Assembly (NCBI GenBank): GCA_900088475.1
Contig: FLMG01000807.1
Span: forward strand, 46,605 to 110,604
Direction: 5' to 3'
DNA: 64,000 nt
Source of the DNA: Hyphochytrium catenoides
Taxonomy: Eukaryota > Protista > Hyphochytriomycota
The position numbers and the translations under genes are program-made. Below the pieces are notes generated by a model. That model ran no database searches. It was not told the origin of the DNA and saw only the letters and a list, made by a program, of their open reading frames with translations. Below are positions 13,776 to 26,100 of the stretch, one piece after another (within the stretch, counting starts at the first letter, position 1; each line of letters begins with the position of its first letter).

Positions 13776-14531
13776 ATGGCATTTGCAACCACCACTAGCA
13801 GCAGCGGCGGCGTAGCCACCAGAGAAGCACCAGCATCTACACCTGCACAAATGGAGACGAGGATGAGCTTGGATGGTCAGTGCAATTCGGCCAAGGACTC
13901 ACAAGCTGTTGGAGCATGGACCGATGACGAGCACAAGAAGTTTTTGAAAGCTCTCGAGCGTGTTCCTGCTACTTGTCACAACCGATGGAAGATGATTGCT
14001 GCCCTCATCCCTACTCGGAATGCTACTCAGGTCCGCACCCACGCCATCAAGTACTTCCGTACCGTTGCTAGACGTCAGGCCAGAGAAGCCAAGCGCATGG
14101 CTATGCAGCACCAGCACCTCCAGCGTTTCCACGATAAGAACGACAAGCTCGATGCTAATGACTTCTTCCAGCTTCGTGCGTCCTGGTCACCATCCGTCAC
14201 CGATAGCATTAGAAACGAGCTTGGCCTTAGCGGCCCTGTTCTCACTCACCGTCTTAGTGAGGATGACTGCATCGACTGGCTTGTCAACTACTATGCTACG
14301 GCTCCAGAGCCTCTCCCTGCCCCCATCGTTAGCTCTGACAAGAGCTTGGATGTAATCAAGCCAGAAGAGCCCAGCCCGGCGGCCTCCTTTGTTAACCTGT
14401 ACAACAAGAAGGAGCTGGACTTCGACTTCCGGCTGGAGAGCATCAGCGAGACCGGAGAGGCAATGCCTTCCCCGGCCAAGCGCCAACGCATCACGGAGGA
14501 GCCTTCTAGCCTCCAAGCTTTGTTCATCTGA
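13776..14531 (+). CDS. Single-repeat Myb (SHAQKYF-class) transcription factor, intronless
   Basis: ATG at 13776. GAWTDDEHKKFLKAL..RWKMIAALIPTRNATQVRTHAIKYF; basic PAKRQR (NLS-like) near the C-terminus. Confidence 0.9.
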   Translation: MAFATTTSSSGGVATREAPASTPAQMETRMSLDGQCNSAKDSQAVGAWTDDEHKKFLKALERVPATCHNRWKMIAALIPTRNATQVRTHAIKYFRTVARRQAREAKRMAMQHQHLQRFHDKNDKLDANDFFQLRASWSPSVTDSIRNELGLSGPVLTHRLSEDDCIDWLVNYYATAPEPLPAPIVSSDKSLDVIKPEEPSPAASFVNLYNKKELDFDFRLESISETGEAMPSPAKRQRITEEPSSLQALFI

Positions 14532-14678
14532 GCTTGCTGTTACCGTGTCGTATGCTCTCTCTCTTTCTCTCTCCGTTATTTATTCCAAAGCCCGCTGACT
14601 CTTCCTATCTTTTGAAAGCCACATCTCCCCTCGCCTGAGAAACAAAAACCCAGAAACGATGCGATCTACATGTTTCTT

Positions 14679-14739
14679 NNNNNNNNNNNNNNNNNNNNNN
14701 NNNNNNNNNNNNNNNNNNNNNNNNNNNNNNNNNNNNNNN
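14679..14739. other. Assembly gap (N run)
   Basis: N characters; other gaps at 16641-16677, 19756-19817 and 47771-47820. Confidence 1.
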
Positions 14740-14892
14740 GAGAACTTCTTGTTCCTTCTTTATAAAAAGCCATCATTAATCATCAAATCACCCGAGGAAA
14801 TGCTGCTCATTTGCGCAGCTTCCTTGGATGGATTTTTCTACACAGTCGTGCCATTGAACCATAGAGCATTTCATCGCCTTTTGCCTCTTCTA

Positions 14893-15830
14893 CTAAAGAC
14901 CATTGCCGTGATCAGCTGCCCTTGCTAGCGCTATATCGGTCCTGCACACGGGGCACAGACCCGAGCGAACGATCCACCTCATAAAGCAGGTCTAGGATGG
15001 GACGACAATGAAGATCGAACCTGGGATAGTCAGTACTAGAAACAGCAGTAGCTTAGAGACTGAGAGATGGATGGAGCTCTGACGCACCTCGTGGTACAGG
15101 TGACTGCAGGGTAAGATGGCAATGAGAGCCCCTTACATGGAGGATTTTGTTAGCATAGCAGAGTACACTCCATCTTGCTCAAGGGCATACCGGAGGTGAA
15201 GGCTTCCAGACAAATTGGACAGGAATGGAGATGACATCTTTCCTCCTCTTGGCCGGCCTTTGGCAGGTTCGATGCTTCCTACGAAGAACCAAAGGCAGAG
15301 ATCGAGGTGGGTTATCCTCTTTAGTCTCTGGGTTCACATGAGTATAGTATAAGCTGATGTTGCAAGCATTCGGTACTTGTTTCTTACTTCACTTAATAAT
15401 GGAGGTGCAGGCAGCCCATAGGGAGCCACTGAGTAACTAAGCCGTCTACACCGAGCTGCAAGCATATTGTTCTCGCCTCTGGCCTCATAGTCCTGGCCCT
15501 CCTCCATAAACTGCCAGAACAAATGAATCAGTGACATAATTCTCTACTTTTCAGAGTTAACAATTGAGAAGACACCAACTGATCACAATCATACTGCATT
15601 AGATGTCTGTTATCTTTGTAGGGCATCATCTAGCGACTCACGTGGATATAGTTTTCAGGATGGGTGACAACACGCTCCCATTCATTGTCCCAGTCAATGA
15701 AGTTCAGGTTGTATTGTCCTGTTCCTTTCGTAGCACCACCCGTAAGCTTGATATAAACTTCTCTCCAATGCATGGCGACGGTCCTTGCAGCCCATGCCGT
15801 GCTGAAGTCAATGAATATCTTTATGAATAC
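14893..15830 (-). CDS. RING-H2 (C3H2C3) finger protein, putative E3 ubiquitin ligase; 5' exons unresolved (may extend to 16100 or beyond)
   Basis: Phase-consistent exons 15830-15642 (acceptor uncertain), 15510-15388, 15278-15191, 15131-15088, 14991-14893 assemble CPICLEAFTSGALIAILPCSHLYHETCFMRWIVRSGLCPVCR, with all eight Zn ligands and the conserved Trp. Confidence 0.85.
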
Positions 15831-16524
15831 CTGTCAGTGGTCGCTCTTCTTCTTGTCGATTGTCCTGCCATTGGAGGTGCTGATGATAGCTCCCGTCAGA
15901 TTCTGCTCTCACCCTGTCGCCGTCCATACCAGAGCTCTGTTCTCCTCTGGGTTATTATTCTAGTCGACGGGTCATGGCGAGGTATAAGGCGCGGCCTTGC
16001 ATGATGAAGGCCTTGATGTGACAAACTAAAGTAGTTCCTACCACTCTCAAAGGATTTTAGCACATCTGCTTCCTTCTCCCTGTTGAAAGCGTCATCGTCC
16101 CCGCCAGCACCCACTTCTTAGCGAGGCAGGTCTCGTTTCTCCCGCTCAGCCCCTAGTAGTAGGTAACAGAATCTGCAATGGCAGAGCTGCAGATCTCATC
16201 AGAGCTCCGTCGTGAGCTCTATCAAATCTCTGAAATCTATGAGGCGACGACCATGTTAAGTGCACTGTACAGTCAGTACAATACATCTCTTCCTCGTTGT
16301 TTTGAATACGCGTCTTTGGATTATTGATAGTGGTCGCTCATTTTCGAGTATCTCTGCTTTGAAGATATGCTGCATCTCTTGGTCCCTCTTCCTGCGTCGG
16401 TGAATGATAAGTAGCTATTCATTACCTCCCTTTCTTTCTCACTCTGTCTCATGGAGCGAGACAAGACTGTTATCAGCTGACAACAAACAGACTGTGAATG
16501 GAATGATGGACACCATGGAACTGT

Positions 16525-16860
16525 GAAGAAAGAGAGAGAGAGAGAGAGAGCGAGAGAGCGAGAGAGAGGGCGAGAGAGAGAGAGTGAGATTGAGAGAGAG
16601 AGAGAATGAGAGAGAGAGAGAGAGAGAAAGATGAAAGAGANNNNNNNNNNNNNNNNNNNNNNNNNNNNNNNNNNNNNAGAGAGAGAGAGAGAGAGAATGA
16701 GAGGGAGAGAGAGAGAGAGGATGAGAGAGAGAGAGAGAGACAACAGAGAGAGACAGACCAGGAGAGAGAGAAAGAGGGGGAAAGAAAGAAAGAGAGAAGA
16801 CGCAGATAGACAGAACCACAGACAGACAGAGTGTGAGAGAGAGAGAACAAAGAGATGGAG
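16525..16860. repeat. Long (GA)n microsatellite containing an assembly gap (16641-16677)
   Basis: Directly visible. Confidence 0.95.
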
Positions 16861-18789
16861 AAGTGAGGGAAAGGGACAAGGAAGAGAAGCAGACAGAAGA
16901 GATTGCCATGAAGACAAAACAAAGGGTAACACCAACGCCTGGCTTCCCCTCAATGACAGCAGATCCACAGTCTGTCTTTCTCCTTGGCCACGAGCTCAGC
17001 CAAACCAGCTGCCGTTAAGTGATCACGTGATCACGTGCTCACTGATCAGCCACCTAGCCAATCAAAGTCTGGGCAGGAGGATTGTTGTCGCTCATCGTGA
17101 GAGTTACCCAGAGAGTCGGAAAGAGAAAAACTGCCCTTGTCCATGTCCGTTTCCCTGTGTGACAGCTATGGCGTCTTTCGTGCGGATGTTCTTCCCGTCT
17201 CAAGACTTCACGACGACGATCCCTGCCCTGTGATACTTCTTTCTCCTTTCTGATGGATGTCATAAGGTGTCTGCTATGACTGTCTCTTCGTCCTTCCTCT
17301 TCATTGTCCTGGAAGAAAACTCCAAAGCTTGATAGATCCATCTGTTCCAATAGTAATCGTCATCATAATGGCAGCGTCGACAGCGCGGGTGCATAAGTCA
17401 CCTCTCTCCTTGAAAGGCTAAAGAAGGTAAAAAAAAGCCAACTATACGGCTCTTAGCCCTCTTCTCCATACCTGTGCTTGCACCAAGTACGGCCAACCAG
17501 TGGCAGCAGCTGCAGGCTGCCCTTTTAGCGCTGGAGCAAATCTCCAATCAACCTCGGTGTCCGTGCATTGTAGACCTGATCTCTGTACGAGAACATACCA
17601 AATCATCCTTAGCTATCTTCATTTATAAGGAGCAAGTGAAGGCGACTTCATACAACACACTCTGACTTGAACGGACTTCAAAAACAGCCTCTCTAACACA
17701 CGCTTTCTTCTATGCGCGTTCCTTCATAGAAGAGAATGTCCTAGCAAGGGTGAGCTCCCTTATCTCTTGTGTGCCGCCGCCGCGTTAATAAGGGCGATGT
17801 ATCATGGATTGTCCTACAGCGAAAAAAGTGTCTAAGGTCTTATTATTTGCCTTGATTGATCCTTCCCTAATTTGGAATCATGGAGCTTGGGCTAGCGTAA
17901 CAAACAGTTAGAGCTTTGGCAAATCTCTGTACATGCCAGGTAGTGGCGCGGCCGTAGGTCTGATGGCTTGTCCGGTGCGAGTAAATCTCTATCTTGAACC
18001 TTTCTACGTGCTCCTTGCTACCTCTTCTTCCCATCCTGATAACTTGTACAATATAAGGTCCTTTGGTAAGGACTACCAGAAAGACTAGAGTCAGCTTTAA
18101 CCTTCTGCTTGCTTTTCAAAAGAGAGTGAGCATTGCAGTGCCGGTCCGGAGAGGAGACAAGTCCCGCCTTTTTGGACAACATCTTCAAACAGAATCCAGT
18201 GACCTATCTTCAGCTCAGATTCTCAACCCACCGTCCACCAGTGATAGACGACGTAGATTAAGCTATCATCTTCTTCTTCTTCCTTATTTCATCACCACGC
18301 CGCCCCCATCCAAGCCACATACACTCTGTTACGGAAGGAACTTCCAGGAGCTTGATTTTGGTAAGAGCCAGCCGCAGTAGCCGCCAGTAGCACAGAGGCG
18401 AAGCGACAAACAATTAAACCTCATTCTTTCTGAGTAGCACGCCAACTACTGACAGTAAGACTTTATTGTAGAGGCTGATGAGATTAGGCGCGGCACTGCT
18501 CGATGACAACACCCGCCGTCGGGGATGCTTAATGCGCTCTGGTTCTCTTCTTCGTCTGAGGAATTGTCGGCTCCTTTCATGGATAGAGAGAGAAACAGAC
18601 GAAGTAGAGCGCAGTGAAATTGACTGAGGAGAAAAGTAAGGCGGAAAGAAAGAAGTAAAGCGAGACGAGAGACTTAAAAACCTCGTGCCTCTCACAGAAG
18701 GCCAATGACGCTACTTTGCGGTCGATAGTTAGTCAACCTTTATAAAAGAACTTTCATAGAATGAAGACACTTGGCCCGCTAGCGATGCA

Positions 18790-20422
18790 TCAACAAGACA
18801 TAGATAAGAAGGTGAGAACGCCATAAAAAATCAATGCCATGCCCGCAATAAGGTGACTATTATGGTCGTCGTGCACTCCAGACCTCACGATGTTGGGTTC
18901 CGTTGTTGTTATAGGAGTGGGGCTGCTGCTGCTGGAGCCGCTGTCATCATTGTTGCCTCCTCCGAATCCTGGAGAAGAATCATCAGAGCCTGTTGGGGAG
19001 ACAGCATCATCTGAAGCCTCAGAAGGTGTCGGAGATCCAGAATCAGAAGAGTCAGAACCGTCAGAAGAAGCTGTCGGGGCAGCAAGTGCCGATGGCGCAG
19101 CCGAAGCGGGTGGGGGCGGAGGAGAGCCATTGGGTGCTGGCGATGGAGTAACGGGCACCTGCGATGTCGGCGCTTTCCCCCCACCACCACTACTACCAGC
19201 ACCGCAGTTCCTGCAGGTAGAGCCCAAAGGGCAATAGGTCTTGTTTCCACAGCATCGAGCACTTGCAGGAGCACAGGTGCCGTCTGAACAGCACTGGAAC
19301 CCCCGAGGACAGTAGTGGCCGTCTGAGCAGCACTGAACATCAGCGGACGGAACACAGCCCCCACCAGGACACACATAGTTACACATCTTGCCACCGACCG
19401 TGCAGCGAGAGGCACACCCGTCAGAGCAGCACTGTTTCCCTGTCGGGCAGTAGTGAAGCTTGTCCTTACAGCACGTTGTCCCCTTTGGTGCGCAGCCCCC
19501 CGGGCAACATTGCTCGCCGGCGTCGCAGTGGCTGCCATCCGCGCAGCATATCGCTCCTTTCGGTGCACATCCGAGACCCCCGCAGCACTGTTTACCGGCG
19601 TCGCAATACTTGTCACTTCCTGCGCAGCATGTTGCATCCTTCGGTATGCATCCGCCCTCACAGCACCTCTTGCCCGAGTCGCAATATGTGCCGTCTAAGC
19701 AGCAGTCTACATCAGGGGAAGGCACGCACCCACCGCCGGGACAAGTGTACTTGCANNNNNNNNNNNNNNNNNNNNNNNNNNNNNNNNNNNNNNNNNNNNN
19801 NNNNNNNNNNNNNNNNNCCACTGCCACCACCACTATCCGCGCAGCTCTTCCCAGGTAGTGAACATTTCCCCGCTCCACAGCATTGTTGGCCCGCCAAACA
19901 GTAATGAAGCCCATCTGCACAGCAGTTTGCTCCTTTTGGTATGCAGCGGCCATTTCCGCAGCACTCCTCACTTGCCAGGCAGTAGTGAAGATTGTCTGAG
20001 CAGCATTTCACGTCAGCGGAGGGGACGCAACCACCGCCGGGACAAGTATACGGACAACCTGCAGCGAAATTCTTCATTGTCGCCCCGTCTAGCGCCGTTC
20101 TCGAAGAGGAGTTGGCCCATCGCTGCTCACGATTGACCGTCGTAATCTGGTTGTTGTCGTTGTGATTGCGGACACTGAAGTCGATGCCAAGCAGGGCAAC
20201 TGTCGTTGAGCATGAGCCGCCTTTCGCGGCACAGCCCGCTCCATTGCCGCAGCACTGCGAACCTAGAGGGCAGTACTGACCGTCTTTGCAGCACGTGGTG
20301 CCCAGCGGACAAAGAGGCGTCACGGCACGATCATTGTCGTCCGCGATAACGCTGTTCCCTGTCAATAGAAGCAGCCCACCAAGGATACAGAGACGGATAG
20401 ATAATGCTACCGCCGTCTTCAT
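18790..20422 (-). CDS. Secreted cysteine-rich repeat protein with Ser/Pro-rich stalk and probable GPI anchor or C-terminal TM; spans an assembly gap
   Basis: Signal peptide MKTAVALSIRLCILGGLLLLTGNSVIA; at least 9 units of about 26 aa, CC-x4/6-[YH]C-x2-G-x2-CC-x3/4-C; low-complexity S/P/D stalk; hydrophobic tail LIAGMALIFYGVLTFLSMSC*. Parts 20422-19818 and 19755-18790 flank the N-gap. Confidence 0.85.
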
Positions 20423-23122
20423 GATGACCTCCTTCTTGCACCGTTAACAAGTTCGTCTGTGTCGCGCCGTCAGTGGCTGCGACCTACCTGTGATCGACGT
20501 GCCTATCTTCATTATGATCCTTTCTTCCTCATGCTAGTCGGCTGCTGGCTCCTCCTCCAGAGTAGGACTAAAGCACTTCAGTGGATAAGATAAGATACTA
20601 TCCGTCTGGTCTATCCCTCTGTTCACCTCACAGCCGCCCTTGTTTTAGCAAGAAGGTAGACGGATGGGGGAGAGAAGAGATGATGAGGGAAGGGAAGAGC
20701 AAAGAGGATAGCTTGAACATGAGACGCGCCACAAGGATCTGGAGAAGCAAGCACAAGACAAAGATGGAGTGTCAATCGAAGGCCAACCATCCGATCGCCC
20801 ACAACTTCGTTTTCCCATCATCGTCATCCAGCTATTTATCCAGCATAGAGCTCTCGCGGGAAAGACAAGCAGAGAAGAGAAGAAGGGTGGTTCTCATGAA
20901 GAAGCCAAAGTTCTACAGAGTATCTTCCAATACGAAGGGGCCCCACAACCTCTTGTTCTCTCACCAGCATGATTTCTCCCCTCTCTCTAACTGCTTCCTT
21001 TCTCCTCATTGGCTAGCAGTGCTTGTGCTGGTTCCGATGGACGCAGGGATGGTCACCACCGTCTCTCCCGCCACGCCCAGTCGTCTTTATGCCTGAGGAA
21101 CGATTTGGACGCCACCAGGATCTCTTGGCTCTTCCCTCTTTGTAGAAGGTGGTGGTGAGTGAGTAGAGCTCTACCTTGGCTGGGCAGGCCACTAAGCCCC
21201 GCCGTTGGTCGATACGAGGAAACTTTGAAGAAGAATGCATGTCACTAATGGAGGAAGCTTGCTTCTGGCGGCTCCTCATCAGTACGACGAGCTCCTCGTG
21301 CTCCTCGTCGTCTTCAAGAACGATGGGGATCTTGTAAGCTATCAGGGGGCCAGTGTATCTTATACCGTCTTATTATTAGAAGTCCAAATGCAAAGACAGA
21401 ACAGTCCGTTTGCTTGTGGGCCCCCCTTCCTCCCCCTCGAACCAGCTCCGCCACAACTTTTGGTACGTCGCCCGCAGCTCTCTCAATAAATAAAGAGGCG
21501 TTGCAGCGCCTGACTAACCGCTGAGTGCCCGCTCCATGGTCAAAGGCGGCACTATCCTTCACTCCTCTTCCCAGTCCCATTTTCCTCTCCTCATAGAACC
21601 TTCTTCTCCTCTTATTATTATGGGAGGCAGCAGGTGGCTCGGCGGGGCCAAGTAAGCGGAAACTCTTGATATTCGAGGGACTGCTGCAACCCGCTATGGA
21701 ACTAGGACTGTTGACGATAGACATCGTCAATCCTCCGTGAACAATGGCTCATCCTCATCGCTGGGGGCGTAGTATTATGTTTATTGTTTGATGAAGGAAG
21801 GAAGTTGCTGACTTGGCGGCGGTGCGACGTCCACCATCATAAGAAGAGGCACCACCTTCGAACAAGCGAGTTTTTGGATGGAACTCCTATCACTCTCCTC
21901 CCTCTTCGTCGTCCGACGATGGCATGATGTAGGGAGAGAAGGGAAAGCCACGGTTTGCTAGTGGTGGAGACAGTGCTGCAACGGCTGCTTCGTGTTCTTC
22001 TTAGACAGCCTTCCCCGCAATCTCCTTACCTTGTGCACGCAACCATCCTCATTACTGTTGGTGGTAGTCCGTTCCTCAATGCCGCTGCTGCAATTCGTGA
22101 GCATCCATAGTAGTAGTAGTAGCAAGGATACTTCCTCGTTGCCACCACTTTCTTCCTCGTCCTCTCGCACTCCAGAAGAACGGAATAGCACTATTCTCAA
22201 GGCGTACAAAGACAAAGATGGAATGGAGAAACTCTTCTGCATCGCGCAGGCTGTACTTTCTTGTTAGCGACTTTTCCTCCGTCGTATCCCACTTCTATCC
22301 CGTGCTGCCCATTCTACTAATGAGCAGATGTGCATGATAAACCATCTGCCGCACCTTATCTATCTAACTATTCGGGGTTCAGTGTCGGTTGACGGTGTCT
22401 GATCACGAGCAGTCAGCATCCTGACCATACCAACCGCCAAACAGCTAACAGCACCAGTGGGAGATGACGGGCATACATGCCGATGATGGCAGCAGTATCT
22501 TTATCTTCTTGTTCCTCAGTCTTGAGTCCTTTTTACTTTTGCCACCTCTCTATCTCCACCTTATTCTGGCACCCCTACTATCAGTGGGGAGGCACGGCCC
22601 TCAAGAGGATTGTCTAGCATGCCAGGATCGTCTGTGCATTCTAGCCACAGAGTAATGTTGCCATCGACCAGGCCGCCCTGATCATCAGCAACCATCCAGG
22701 TTCTTCTCCATGAAAGTATGCGCGTAGCGCCTACTGCATATCACTAGCAGACTATAATCGGACAGTCTGGGCCGTATCTCGGCCTTAATAATTTATTGTC
22801 GCTGACATGGCAACCTTAGTATGTCTTCAGCGGCCAGTAGAGCTCACCGCTACCCTAATCGGGATTCAAGCTCGCCATCGAAGTTGGCAACAGTAGGTTG
22901 ATATCGACAGGAGAGCAGGAGATATGCTATTGGCTGAAGAGACGACTGGTGGCTGTTGGGTTAACAGGAGTACCTGTTTCCTCTCCTCAACGTACTCGAC
23001 GTAAGAAAATATTCAGCGGAACCGATGAGCGCTCCATTCAGGCAACAATCAGTGACGGTGAGGAGAGATATTGAAAATATTCTTGTGAGCTATGTTCCAG
23101 ACTGCAATAGAAAGAGAGAAGC

Positions 23123-26100
23123 CTAGTCCGGAGGGTGTGAAGGTGAGGGTGGAGGGCTGGAGATGTGGATTTTGATTGCGGGAGGGGGCTCAATCAGTCC
23201 ATTCCGATCTTCCTCTTTTTCCTCCTGACTCGGGTCCTCGTAGTCCGCCGGAGACCTGAAAGATTGATGGCCCTGCTGCAGAGGAGGTGTCTCATAACCT
23301 TGAGAACGACCCAGCGCTGCCTGCTGCAAGAGGTCGTCTGACAGCAAATGCCTTAGACTCTGCTCAAAGCCGAGCCCCTCTGCGAAAAAGTGAATAGTAG
23401 ACCTAGAAAATGTGTAGAGTTTTGCTGGAGAGACGGGGACATTGAAACGACCGAGAGTTTTGGTGAAATGGAGAGGAGAAAGTGATGAGTTTCTATTCTA
23501 GCCACAGAGAGTAGAGATGAAGGTGATCGTGGTGCAGCACTATGTAGCAAACCTCAGAAGGACAGGATCGGTACCGGTTGAAGGGTTGAATAGAGGAACG
23601 AGAAAGCAAGCAAGATATAGGAATTGGCGCCAGGGTTACTGATAGCGAAGATAGAATCATCGGCATTTCAAAGCACTAAGATCAAAGGGTTAAAGCTTCT
23701 TTGCTTACAGAAGTCGAGTAACTTGGAATAGTAGAGCACAGGGATGATAAGCTTGCCCAGATCCTCTGCAAAGCCAAGCTGATCGCTGATGAGTTGATTT
23801 GCATGATTCTCGTCCGAGACAACGATGAGAAAAGCTGCGCATTGCTTGATCAGGTCCTTCACCCTTCTAATGAAGTGGTCACTGCTTTCCTTAGGCCTTC
23901 TCTTCTCCCTAATGCCACGGAATCCCATCTCCTTCTCCAGGGCTGAAAGAAGCTGTAAAAGCATTTTGTACAGGACAGCGAACAGTGTGAAAGATGGACA
24001 CAAAGGGAGACCGGAAAGAGACAAAGAAGACGTGAACATGCATCAAGATGGGGACAGTAGGACACAAGCAGCATACAGTGGATCAGATAGATAATTGTAT
24101 CGGAAGATGTAAGCTCAAGCGGCACGCGAAAGGCCTAGAATTCTCCTGGAGACTGCATTCTGTATAAATACAAAGAGGCATCCCCGTTGGCATCCCAAAG
24201 GGCAAATCCCCCAAGAAAGAGATGCAAGAGGAGAAACAATTGTTGTGAGGTAGGATAAAGACCACCGTGTAGAGAGAAGTTGATGAACCGAATGACGGCA
24301 GGCAAGGGCCTTCTACTCACCTTAGCGCAGAAGTCATCGTGCCGGCCCCCGTCCGCGATGAAAACGTACGGAGAAGGACCTCCTATCATCCGAAATAGCT
24401 GGGACATTGTTGGAGGACTTAGACCATTGGGTGACTCATTTCCTCCTCTCCAAGGGGCAAATATCGCAGAGGGAGTGGCTAGCTCATTGACGACAGAGAG
24501 CCTTGATGCCACGCTAATATCACGATCTCTCGGTCTTGTCTCTCCTGTCCTTTCCTTCTCAAGTTCGTCCCTAATACCATCAGCGAGTAGGAGCATTTGT
24601 CTACTGAAGGCAGTTTCGTCGTAAATGTATTCTCTTTCTTTCTTTTCTGAATCTGCAGGTCGGACGCAGGCAACTATCGTCTCCTTAAAGGAGGTGATCT
24701 GCCGAGTGTAGAGAGAGACACGGAGCTCCTCCGGGATGTCACAGTCTTCACATTGAATCGCCACCACTGCGTTAGGGCGGAGATACGATTGGCCTATGTT
24801 AGCAGGGCCGTGTCTTAGGATGACCACAGTACGGCTGACACATGATACCTGGCTTGCCGACGGATTTTGCATACGCGAGCTCTTTCATACACCTTTGGCC
24901 GCACCAGAAGGGAAAGGTAACGGGCAAGGCATCAGCTCACAAAGGAATTTGTTAAGTGCGGCGGAGTAAAAAACTTTGGAATGAGATGGCTATGGAGTCC
25001 AAAAGAGGGGAATGACAGAGATTGGTCGAAAAGAAGGGAGAGAAGAGAGAGAGGGAGAGAGAAAGATAAAAAGAGAGTGAGGTAGCATAGAGGACAAGCG
25101 CACTTTCAGGAAGAGAGTGATCGATCGCGGTCGTACCACTGAGACTTGTGATAGTCTTCTGAGAGGATTATTAGCATCACCTTGCATTGAGAAATGCCGC
25201 GGACAATCTCTTCCCTCCACACTGAACCCGCACCTATCCCAGTCGGCGCCACAGCATCTATCCAAGCTGTTATGTTCAGCTTCTCCAAGGCGTGACAGAC
25301 CTAAAGCCAACCACAAGGAAAGAGATGCTCATCAGCGCTCACTTTAATTCCCATCCCTCTAGTAGCGCTACAGGGGATGTAAATCACCATCGTGAGAGCG
25401 CGAGCCCTGATGCTTACCTTCCAGGCAAACTGAGAGCGTGAGTGGGTGTAGCTGTAAGAGGAAGAATAGGAAAGAGTGAGTTTTTGCACTGGTTGAACGA
25501 CAAGGAAAGAAGGATTAGTCACTCCCTAACTCCTTCACTAGTTTCCTTTTGGCCATCGTACCTGATCATGACGTCCCGTGCCCCAGCAGCTTTTTTTAGG
25601 GCAAATCCAAACTCTGAGGTTTGGACGCAATCCAACGGACGCTGGCCTGCGATTGAGAGAACAATCATAAGCAACCCTACCAAGATTGAACTGTGGCCAA
25701 AACAGACAACGTTGGTTTATGAGAGGTCTAAGAACACAGTCATTAGCAGAAGAACTTCAACCAGCCAGAACCATACGTGTACAGCGGCCCCTAGCACCCA
25801 CCCCTGTCATTTACTGCTGTGATGGAAGCACCAGCACGCAGAAGGCTTATCGCAGCAGCGCGGTTATCTAGTTTGACAGCCAGATGCAGAGCCGTGTCGC
25901 CATTAGGAAGCTGTGCGTCAATGTTGAGTCCCGACGAACGCAGGAGATTGATAAGAGAAGTATCCAGATTTCCCAATTCGGCAGCGCAGTGCAATGGGTT
26001 CATCATCCTCAGGTCGCGATGCCTTGGGAAGAAGGAAGTGTCAACGTGTGGTAGAGGCACGTGATCACAGTGGCATCTGTTGTGAAGAATAACTTACTGA

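Noticed and set aside
16321-17233. Long ORFs rich in SL/ER repeats (also 13095-13654, 40765-41653, 53075-53322, 63276-63733)
   Set aside because: Translations of GA/CT microsatellites, not genes.
17300-17370. TIGTDGSIKLWSF (minus strand) resembling a WD40 repeat end
   Set aside because: Single short match followed by a stop; no further WD repeats.
18790-20422. Apparent frameshift between the two Cys-rich ORFs (possible pseudogene or recoding)
   Set aside because: The frame change coincides with an N-gap of estimated length.
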